A DNA stretch of 57,990 nucleotides, taken from contig CAKZYD010000405.1 of assembly GCA_937884085.1 (NCBI GenBank), positions 1-57,990 on the forward strand. The letters run 5' to 3'. The notes under the pieces were generated by a model. It was not told where the DNA came from. It was given only the letters and a program-made list of their open reading frames with translations, and did not search any database. A program made the translations under genes and the position numbers. This DNA is from an uncultured Sphingomonadales bacterium. Lineage in GTDB: Bacteria; Pseudomonadota; Alphaproteobacteria; Sphingomonadales; CAKZYD01. This document shows positions 8,993 through 16,601 of the stretch, piece by piece; the stretch's first letter is position 1, and each line of letters starts with the position of its first letter.

Positions 8993-9441
8993 GCCTTGAG
9001 TCTCCTCGGCGTTTCATGTGCCGATAGGCTGTCAAATATGTAAAAATTCGACAAATTACCAGATTAAAACTCGATTCAGGTGCCGTTTTCTGATATGACA
9101 TGTTGCTATGTAAGGCTATGTTTTTACCTTGTCCTGCTAGTTGCCTTCGAAGTTTCGCGTGCTCCCTCTGGCCCGACTTCATTTAGTTTATTCGCGGGGA
9201 GCGGGCTTTAGCCGACGAGGTTCAGGTTGTCTCCGTAATAGAAAACTTGGCTTTTTCAGGCTAGGCGACGCGAAGGATAAGGGTGCTTCCTCAACAAATC
9301 CGTTGAAAAGACTCATTACAGTAGCTGTGTAAAGCCCCTTCCTTTGGCATCACGTTCACCCCGTCCACACTACTAACCGCAATCATGATGCGGTCGAATG
9401 GGTCCCAGTCTTCAAACAGTGTGCCCCACGCTTGATTCCAC

Positions 9442-9972
9442 CTACTCCAACACAGCTTCATGCGAAAATTTACGCCCGTCCGTCACGATGATGCGTTCAA
9501 AGCCTAGGACGATGCCCATGGCGTAGACGTCGAAGGTGTCGCTGAGGCCCATGTCGGTGATGTCGGGCTGGAAGCGGGCGATGGATGTCATGCGCGCTAA
9601 CAGGGCCTTGGCGACATAGGGCGTGAAGTATTCAATGGGCTCGATGTTCATGATGACCAACGTGGTCTTTTGCGCGCCCACGGCTTGCATGATGATGGGA
9701 ATGGCCCGCTCGGGACCGGCTGTCATGATATTGAGTTGGTCGACAAACAGCTGCCGCTGCGTTGGCCCGGCCCCTTCCATGGCTTTGAACCCCGTCTTCG
9801 GTTTGTGGCCGCTTGTGACTGGCGGGTAATAGATCCCAACGCCCGTCGCCTCATCCGCTTTGGCCGATTTCTTAGCCAAGACAGGCGCAGCGGGGCTCAT
9901 CGCCAGAGCAATGAGGATGCTGAGCGCTAAAAGGGGGCGCGTCAGACGGCGGGTTGTTTGGGGCAATAGCAT
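9442..9972 (-). CDS. Secreted hypothetical protein
   Basis: I prefer the Met at 9970-9972, which is preceded by GGAGGAAA. MLLPQTTRRLTRPLLALSILIALAMSPAAPVLA looks like a signal peptide. I recognise no family. Confidence 0.6.
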   Translation of the reverse strand: MLLPQTTRRLTRPLLALSILIALAMSPAAPVLAKKSAKADEATGVGIYYPPVTSGHKPKTGFKAMEGAGPTQRQLFVDQLNIMTAGPERAIPIIMQAVGAQKTTLVIMNIEPIEYFTPYVAKALLARMTSIARFQPDITDMGLSDTFDVYAMGIVLGFERIIVTDGRKFSHEAVLE

Positions 9973-10210
9973 ATTCGTTTCCTCCGAGGTTGTACCGTGA
10001 AGCCTATAGCGACGTTGCCGTGATTTTCGACAAAAAAATGCCCGCGCCTGGCGCAAAGTCACAGCGCTTCCAGCATATAGCGTGCCGCCTCAGCCACAGG
10101 CCCGCCGCGCGCCTTGCTGTCGCCCGATATTCTCACCCAAAGGGGGTTGCACCGGGGTGCTGTCACTCTAAAACATCTAAAAATGCTTCTCATAAGCAGG
10201 TATTGGATGG

Positions 10211-10783
10211 ATGGCCCAGAGCAGTGGGGATGTAAAAACGCAGGCGGCAGCTGTCTCCGAAGACCGCTCTCTGAAGCGCTTATATAGCAACAACGTCGCG
10301 CGTATTGCTGGGGCGCTGCGCAAGAGCTTTGGCGATGGTCCGCCCGATCCTGACGATATTTCTCATCTGGCTTTTCAAAAATTCTTAGAGCGCAAAGAAC
10401 ATGCCACAGTGCGCAACCCAGAAGCGTTTTTGTGGCGCACGGCCCGCAATCTGGTGCTCAATGAGAAGAAGCGCGATAGCGTGCGGGCGCGCTATGATTA
10501 TGAGGTCGAGCATCTTTTTTTTGCTCATAGGGGTGACATTTTTGTCCCTGAAAGACTCGTAAGCGCTCAAGAGCAGATAGAGTTGATGCTCCAGGTGATT
10601 GCGGACATGCCCGACAAACGCCAAAGGTCTTTTATATTGCACCGGGTTGAGGGCCTGTCGGTCTCAGATGTGGCGCGGAAGATGGCGCTCAGCCGGACGG
10701 CGGTGACCAAACATCTGGCGCGGGCCTTTGCCGATATCGATGCTGCTCTGCAGGTTTTGTCCAGAGACGAGGCAGATGCGTAG
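10211..10783 (+). CDS. ECF (sigma-70 family) RNA polymerase sigma factor, FecI-like
   Basis: Region 2 (FLWRTARNLVLNEKKR) and region 4 HTH (LSVSDVARKMALSRTAVTKHLARA). The 3' end overlaps the downstream FecR gene (ATGCGTAG). Confidence 0.85.
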   Translation: MAQSSGDVKTQAAAVSEDRSLKRLYSNNVARIAGALRKSFGDGPPDPDDISHLAFQKFLERKEHATVRNPEAFLWRTARNLVLNEKKRDSVRARYDYEVEHLFFAHRGDIFVPERLVSAQEQIELMLQVIADMPDKRQRSFILHRVEGLSVSDVARKMALSRTAVTKHLARAFADIDAALQVLSRDEADA

Positions 10784-11834
10784 CGAAGAGGCGAACATGG
10801 GCAATCAGGCCCCCGATCCGCAGCTGCTCCATGAAGCGCATGAATGGCGTCTGCGCAACGATATGGGCGATTTGAGCGCGGATGAGCGCCGCGATTTTTC
10901 CGCTTGGCTTGCCGCTAGCGAAGCGCATGAAGCCGCCTATGATCGCGCCATTACCCTGAATGCAGCGCTTGATACTTTAGATCCGCAAACACTGCGGCCT
11001 GTACCGATGCAGGCGGTTTATACTTTCGCGCCGCAAGGCGATGAGACATTCGGTTTCAGATGGTCTCTAAAGTGGATTTTTGGGGCTTTGCTGGCTGGGG
11101 CTTTAGGCGTGTCAGCATTGGTGTTTATGCCGCGTTTTGAGGACGGTGCCGCATTGGGCACAACACAGCAGACCTATCAAACGGCGGCCATTGAAACCCG
11201 CTCCATCACCCTCAGCGATGGCTCAGACGTTCTGCTCGGGGCAGGTAGCGAATTGCGGGTAGACTATGGACCAAAGCGACGTGATATCGTCCTACTGGCT
11301 GGCGCGGCTTTGTTTGATGTCATGTCCGACCCGGAAAGGCCATTTACGGTTTCCGCAGGCCCGCTCAACGCGCGTGCCGTCGGCACGGTGTTTGATGTGC
11401 GCTATAATGCCGGGGTGAGCCGCGTGGCCGTTGCTGAAGGCCGGGTGCGTGTCAGCTACCCTCTCGTCATAAACGATCAGCCGACACAGTCTGATCTTGC
11501 CCGCACGCTCACGGCAGGCCAGCAAATTGCAGCGCTCAACCAGGGTCTTGGCGAGGTCAAACCGATTGCTATGGACAAGGTCGGCGCCTGGCGCGATGGG
11601 CGCATAGACTATGTGGCCGCCCCGCCGGCCGAGCTGATCGCCGATGCGAACCGCTATGGCAACGTCGACATTTCACTCGATGACCCGTCGGATCAGCTGC
11701 GTGGAAAGACGATCTCCGGCTCCTTCGATATGACGAATGTGGACCGGCTGCTGGAAGTGCTGGAGAGCCTGTTGCCGGTTAAGGTTGCCCATACCGCCGA
11801 CAGCAACATCGTCTTAAAAGCGCAAGAGAAATAG
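10776..11834 (+). CDS. FecR-family anti-sigma factor / transmembrane sensor
   Basis: N-terminal anti-sigma domain (AHEWRLRNDMGDLSADERRDFSAWLAASEAHEAAYD), a single TM segment (IFGALLAGALGVSALVF) and a periplasmic FecR domain (GSELRVDY...ALFDV...RPFTVSAGPLNARAVGTVFDV). I chose the start at 10776; 10797 is the alternative. Confidence 0.85.
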   Translation: MRSEEANMGNQAPDPQLLHEAHEWRLRNDMGDLSADERRDFSAWLAASEAHEAAYDRAITLNAALDTLDPQTLRPVPMQAVYTFAPQGDETFGFRWSLKWIFGALLAGALGVSALVFMPRFEDGAALGTTQQTYQTAAIETRSITLSDGSDVLLGAGSELRVDYGPKRRDIVLLAGAALFDVMSDPERPFTVSAGPLNARAVGTVFDVRYNAGVSRVAVAEGRVRVSYPLVINDQPTQSDLARTLTAGQQIAALNQGLGEVKPIAMDKVGAWRDGRIDYVAAPPAELIADANRYGNVDISLDDPSDQLRGKTISGSFDMTNVDRLLEVLESLLPVKVAHTADSNIVLKAQEK

Positions 11835-11862
11835 AGCCTTTGTGCGCCTGATCGTTACGCTC

Positions 11863-11890
11863 GGATAATTTTTTTTAAAAAAGATCGCGC
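11863..11890 (+). promoter_or_regulatory. Candidate ECF-dependent promoter or operator motif (GGATAA-T8-A6-G) upstream of the receptor gene
   Basis: cGGATAATTTTTTTTAAAAAAGATCGCG lies just after the FecR stop. A similar element (cGGAAAAATTTTGAAAAAGTGGG) occupies the equivalent position in the paralogous module at 22649-22670 on the - strand. Confidence 0.25.
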
Positions 11891-11977
11891 CTCAGGGTGT
11901 CAAATCTCCAACCCCAATTGTCGTAAAGGCATATTTGCGACTGAGTGGCAGTCACAGTCATTCCTAAAGGGGTTCTC

Positions 11978-14539
11978 ATGAGACAGTCTTTGCGATTCCA
12001 CGCTAGCCGATGGGTTCTGGCATCCGCCTTCATGATATCGGTAGCGCCGGCGTTTGCTGTGCCGTCTTTGGCGCAGTCTGTCCAGGAGGAGCGGCAAGTG
12101 GTCGCTTTGCCAGCTGCGCCCTTGGAGGATGCGATCTCCGCCGTCGCCCGTGTTTTCAAAATTGATATCTTGGTCTCTAGTGACTTGGTTGCGGGACAAA
12201 CGGCGCCTGAAATTTCAGGTCAGCTCAGCGCTGAAGAGGCGATCACCGAAGTTCTTCGTGGCTCCGGCCTGAGCGTCCGTCGTTCGCCAAGCGGTGGATA
12301 CATCATCGAGAAAAAGACGGCGCAGCGACGCACTAAACCTACTCGCGCAGTCAGGCCTGTTGTCGCTGATACGATTATTGTCACCGGCACAAAGCAAAAC
12401 CTCTCCATCCAGGATACGCAGGCATCTGTCGCCATCGTTACGGATGAGCTCATTGATGCCCAGGCCATCTTTGAATTGTCGGATATCTTTCTGCGCACGG
12501 CCAACGTGACGCAAACAAATGGCCCCTTTAGTTTTTCAATCCGCGGCGTCAGCAGCGGCGGCGTTGGCGGCGCAGGCGTTGGGCGGACAGCAAACATCTA
12601 TCTCGACAATGCGCCGATCTCGCTGAATGGCCTGTCCAGCGCCTTCAATCTTTGGGACATTTCACAAGTTGAGATTCTGCGCGGCCCGCAATCAACGACC
12701 CAAGGGCGCAACGCGCTTGCTGGCGCGGTGGTTATGCAATCAGCTGACCCGGAATATGATTTTGGTGTCAAATTACGCGCACTCATTGGCAATAACAAAA
12801 CGCGTCAATATTCAGGTGCCGTCACTGGCCCAATTATCGAAGACCAAATTGCCTTTCGTATTGCGGCCGACTACCGAGAACAAGATTTCCAAACGCTTAA
12901 TGGCGTAACAGGCGCACCGGAAGGGGCAAGCGACGCAACAACACTGCGTGCGAAGCTGCTGTTTGAGCCGAGTGTCATCCCGAATTTGCGACTGGAAGTC
13001 AGCTACCAATATGTCGATTTCTTCACCTCCGGAGATGGATCTGGTGTGATTCGGCCAGATCCAGAGTCCGAGGATGCTATTGGATTTGATCCCTTTGACC
13101 GCGTCAATTTCGATTTTCGCGGCGGTGTTGTCGAAAATGAAAATCACCGTTTCTTAGCCGACCTTTTTTATGAGTTCAGCCAAAATTGGTCAGCACAAAT
13201 CATCGCGACCTATGATGACACGGAGCGCTTTATTGATAACGTGACTGGTCCAGATTTACGACTGGAAGAAACGTTTACCGTCGATGGGCGCGGTATTTTT
13301 AGTTATGACCGCTTCAGTGGTTGGTTTGGTGGTTACTACTTTAGAGATGATTTGGCCTCCAGCACAGATCAAGCCTTTAATGTTGCCGGTTTTGGTGGAA
13401 CGATTACGCCAGCTGGCACGGATGTCCTTTTTATCCAAAGCCGATCCGCAGAAACGGAAAACTATGCCTTTTACGGCGATGTGACCTTCGCATTAACTGA
13501 CCGAATCTCGCTTAATTTTGGTGCGCGTTATGATAATGAAAAGGTGACCGATACGGGCTTCGCCTCCCAACTTTTTGTTGATTTGCCGCCCGGTACACCG
13601 TGTACGATTTCTGCTTTCTTTGGCACTGGGCCATGTGATGTAGTGCTTGGCCTTACCGGCGTAGCAGATGGAGATCCATTAGCTGGTACAGCGCCTTATG
13701 ATGCATTTTTGCCGCGCGGTGGCATCATCTTTGACATCGATGAAGACAAGTCCATTTCCTTCGTGGTCCAACGCGGATACCGCGCTGGCGGCTTTTTCAT
13801 AAGGTCTGAGAGTACATCGACCGGGCTCAGCCGAGAGGTCGTAAGCTTCGACGAGGAATACCTTACCAATTACGAGATCGCATGGCGCTCTGTTTGGCTT
13901 GATGATCGTCTCACTTTTAACGCCAATGCCTTTTATAGTACCTGGAGCGATCAGCAGGTCCGTATCCAAGAACCTGGCTCCCTTGAACCGGAAATCCGAA
14001 ATGCTGGCTCATCAGAACTTTATGGTCTGGAAATAGAAACAGCATTCAACGTGACATCCTCGCTGGACGTTTATGGAAGCCTCGGCCTTGTCCATACTGA
14101 GTTCACAGATTTCCCTTTTGCGGTTGATGACAACGGTGATCCAGTCAATCCCGCCAATCTCACATTTGCAAATTTGGCTGGAAATGAGTTTGGTAGCGCG
14201 CCGAACGTAACCGCATCGGTCGGTGTTGTTTATGACAATGACACTGGCGTCTATGGATCAGCGAATATCAGCTACCGGGGTGACCAGTTTTCCGACGTGA
14301 CAAATCTGGATGTGAATAGAACGGGCTCTTATGCCATCGTGAATGCCCGGGTCGGCTATAAAACCGACATCTGGCGTGTTTCAGTCTTCGTCGACATTCT
14401 CTTCATCGAGGAATTCCTGAGAACGAACGTGTTGCTAGAAGTCGACCCAGACACCGGCTTGGTTGATGACGCTAACATTGGTCGGAATAACATCAGCCAG
14501 CCACGTCACTTCGGTGTTGAGGTCGAAGCGACGTTTTAA
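11978..14539 (+). CDS. TonB-dependent receptor/transducer with an N-terminal STN signalling domain (FecA-like)
   Basis: The start at 11978 is preceded by AAAGGGG. Signal peptide MRQSLRFHASRWVLASAFMISVAPAFA, an STN domain (LPAAPLEDAISAVARVFKIDILVSS...LSAEEAITEVLRGSGLSV), a plug (DTIIVTGTKQNLSIQDTQASVAIV) and a long beta-barrel ending in a terminal Phe (GVEVEATF). Confidence 0.9.
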   Translation: MRQSLRFHASRWVLASAFMISVAPAFAVPSLAQSVQEERQVVALPAAPLEDAISAVARVFKIDILVSSDLVAGQTAPEISGQLSAEEAITEVLRGSGLSVRRSPSGGYIIEKKTAQRRTKPTRAVRPVVADTIIVTGTKQNLSIQDTQASVAIVTDELIDAQAIFELSDIFLRTANVTQTNGPFSFSIRGVSSGGVGGAGVGRTANIYLDNAPISLNGLSSAFNLWDISQVEILRGPQSTTQGRNALAGAVVMQSADPEYDFGVKLRALIGNNKTRQYSGAVTGPIIEDQIAFRIAADYREQDFQTLNGVTGAPEGASDATTLRAKLLFEPSVIPNLRLEVSYQYVDFFTSGDGSGVIRPDPESEDAIGFDPFDRVNFDFRGGVVENENHRFLADLFYEFSQNWSAQIIATYDDTERFIDNVTGPDLRLEETFTVDGRGIFSYDRFSGWFGGYYFRDDLASSTDQAFNVAGFGGTITPAGTDVLFIQSRSAETENYAFYGDVTFALTDRISLNFGARYDNEKVTDTGFASQLFVDLPPGTPCTISAFFGTGPCDVVLGLTGVADGDPLAGTAPYDAFLPRGGIIFDIDEDKSISFVVQRGYRAGGFFIRSESTSTGLSREVVSFDEEYLTNYEIAWRSVWLDDRLTFNANAFYSTWSDQQVRIQEPGSLEPEIRNAGSSELYGLEIETAFNVTSSLDVYGSLGLVHTEFTDFPFAVDDNGDPVNPANLTFANLAGNEFGSAPNVTASVGVVYDNDTGVYGSANISYRGDQFSDVTNLDVNRTGSYAIVNARVGYKTDIWRVSVFVDILFIEEFLRTNVLLEVDPDTGLVDDANIGRNNISQPRHFGVEVEATF

Positions 14540-14680
14540 CAAGGATATAGCCGCCAGGGGCTCAAAGCGACAGCCGTTCCAATATACAGCGCACCGCCCC
14601 TGCTACCGGCCCGCCGTCATTCAACTCAATGGACCGCATCAAGCTTTGGCGGGCCAAGGCGACATCGTCCTCTGTCATAG

Positions 14681-14738
14681 CGGTAAATGGGCGGTAAATG
14701 GGGACAGCGGTAAATGGGGACACGGTAAATGGGGACAG
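14681..14738. repeat. Four-copy tandem repeat CGGTAAATGGG(GACA[G])
   Basis: Read directly: cggtaaatggg / cggtaaatggggacag / cggtaaatggggaca / cggtaaatggggacag. It is followed by an AT-rich stretch and lies ~120 nt upstream of the start of 14856..16601. Confidence 0.85.
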
Positions 14739-14855
14739 CATATATTTATATCTATTCCATCCATCCAGGAGAGAGGCGACACGATATCGAGTCTTGCCCG
14801 TAACGACATACACCCATAAGCTTCATCCTTTGGTTGGTAGTATAAAAGGGGCGCG

Positions 14856-16601
14856 GTGATGGAGCAGACAGTCACCAATCCGGGGCGTATTGCAAATCCG
14901 CTGAAATGGGATGGCCTTGCCAGCATCTTGCGTGGGCTCGGCACAAAGGCCCTGGGCGGATGGCTTATCTATGCCGATCTAGAGGCTTTGTTAAACGCAC
15001 CGGACGGCGCGGTTTTGGTGACTGCGCTGGGCGGCCTTATCCTGCTGGGCTGGGGCGGTAACGCTTTGGCCCGCGGCATTGCCCATAGCTTGCCAATTAA
15101 GCTGCGCGACCTGACGTTCGCAAATGCGCAGGAGAGCTTTGGCCAAGATGTGTTCGACATGCTGTTTGAGCGCAATCTGAGCCCGTCGCATCGCCAGCCC
15201 GCCAATCTGTTTGAGCGCATCTTGGCCGGCGCCGTGCATGGTTATGACCATTTGCCCGACGTCTATCGCTATTTCACCATCCGCAGCTTGCAGGCGCTGT
15301 TCATCAGTCTTGGCCTCGTCTTGTTTCTGGCGCTGACGTATGTGACGCTGCGGGCGGTGGCGCTGTCGCAATATAATGACTTCGTGTTCAGTTGGGTGGC
15401 GCTGCTGACCCTGTTTGCGCTGGTGCTTACGTGGCGCCGGGCGCGCGCGTCAACGCAGGTGCGTGGTTCTTATAGCTTTCCGGGCATGGGCATTGGGCGC
15501 ATTGTTTTTCTGGCACTTCTGATCGGCGCGGCCTCGGTGGGCCTGTCGCAGGTGATGAGCGGCGTGGAAGACCCGGGCGTTGATCCAGCCATCCTATCAG
15601 CCCCGCCAACCTTCCTCTGGTTCATCGTCACGCTTATCATCGGTGCCATTACCACGGTGGTAACCGTGCTGGTCTTGGCGTTGCCTGCCGCAGCGTTCGA
15701 CACAGACCTATCGCACAGCCGCCTGCGCGACCAGCGCGGACACCGCGCGCACCCAGACCAAATCATCATCGGTCTGCGCAATTATCTGGACCGTTTCCCG
15801 CCCAACTATCCGATGACTGACGAAACGGTGCAGATGCGCAGCGCCGGGGCGGGCGGCCAAGGCGCGTTCAATGCACTGGTGCGGCGGGAATATGGCTTTC
15901 AACAAGCCGATATGCCAGGCCTCAACCGCGGCCGGTTGATTGCAGTGGTGGCAACGCTGGTGGGTCATGCCAGCCTGCTCGCAGCGGCCTATTTCTTCGC
16001 ACAGGCCTTATCTGTTTTCTTTGCCACCGGCCTGCCTGATTTTGATGCGCCAAGTACCGTGGCGCCCGTGCTCACTGCCTGGCTTGCCGCACTGATGCCA
16101 TACCTGTTGGCGCTAATTGCTGGGCGGCAGCTGGTGTCTGTCGGCATTTTACGGCTGGCGCAATTGCCGGTCGTCTCCCAACTGCTGGAGACCTCCATCG
16201 AAGGCACCGTCGCCACCTCCAACATGGCCATGGGCCAAGCTGTACAAGACAGCTTTTCCGACGCTACGGTGACCTATGTGACCAACTACACACTGTTCCT
16301 GCGCTCGGCCCAGCTCCACAGCGTGCTGCTCGCTACACAAAGCGCTGGCGGGGCAAAGGCCTCGCGCCGCTTCTTCGTGGAGGCACAGGCCAACGATGTC
16401 CACACCACCGAGCTGGTCGGCGCCATTGACGCGCATGTAAGCGACCAAAAAGCTTTCACCCAGTTTGGCGGCGCGAATGACGCGGACGCCGTTGCCGACA
16501 TGGCCAATCTCAACCTGCAATATCAAGATGCACGGCGCAACAAGCAGACCAACCTGCCTGGCACGGACGGCGGACCAGACCAGCTCAAGCCGCCAACTTA
16601 A
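14856..16601 (+). CDS. Large polytopic membrane protein of unknown function
   Basis: 581 aa with several long hydrophobic segments (LVTALGGLILLGWGG, LFISLGLVLFLALTYV, WVALLTLFALVLTW, IVFLALLIGAASVGL, FLWFIVTLIIGAITTVVTVLVLALPAAAF, LIAVVATLVGHASLLAAAYFFAQAL, VLTAWLAALMPYLLALIAG) and a soluble C-terminal ~150 aa. I recognise no family. GTG at 14856 or ATG at 14859; RBS AAAAGGGG. Confidence 0.65.
   Translation: MMEQTVTNPGRIANPLKWDGLASILRGLGTKALGGWLIYADLEALLNAPDGAVLVTALGGLILLGWGGNALARGIAHSLPIKLRDLTFANAQESFGQDVFDMLFERNLSPSHRQPANLFERILAGAVHGYDHLPDVYRYFTIRSLQALFISLGLVLFLALTYVTLRAVALSQYNDFVFSWVALLTLFALVLTWRRARASTQVRGSYSFPGMGIGRIVFLALLIGAASVGLSQVMSGVEDPGVDPAILSAPPTFLWFIVTLIIGAITTVVTVLVLALPAAAFDTDLSHSRLRDQRGHRAHPDQIIIGLRNYLDRFPPNYPMTDETVQMRSAGAGGQGAFNALVRREYGFQQADMPGLNRGRLIAVVATLVGHASLLAAAYFFAQALSVFFATGLPDFDAPSTVAPVLTAWLAALMPYLLALIAGRQLVSVGILRLAQLPVVSQLLETSIEGTVATSNMAMGQAVQDSFSDATVTYVTNYTLFLRSAQLHSVLLATQSAGGAKASRRFFVEAQANDVHTTELVGAIDAHVSDQKAFTQFGGANDADAVADMANLNLQYQDARRNKQTNLPGTDGGPDQLKPPT

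Noticed and set aside
8976-9332. Small track ORFs 8976..9182 (-) and 9141..9332 (+) in the islet's right arm, as possible toxin/antitoxin or regulator genes
   Set aside because: The first overlaps the ATPase start and RBS. Both lack an RBS and any recognisable motif and sit in what looks like the promoter/leader region.
6936-9440. Calling the AT-rich islet a mobile element (integrative island, transposon or prophage remnant)
   Set aside because: By eye I could find no integrase, transposase, recombinase, inverted terminal repeats, flanking direct repeats or adjacent tRNA. I report it only as compositionally atypical DNA carrying a two-gene module.
14681-14738. Possible CRISPR array
   Set aside because: The repeats are directly adjacent with no spacers, only 15-16 bp long and only 4 copies, and there are no cas genes in the window. 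It is a simple tandem repeat.
14562-14813. 83-aa - strand ORF across the tandem repeat (would encode SPFT/PFTA peptide repeats)
   Set aside because: It has no RBS or start context and its composition is driven by the DNA repeat. I treat it as non-coding spacer, although the last 38 codons (MTEDDVALARQSLMRSIELNDGG...) cannot be fully excluded as a tiny gene.
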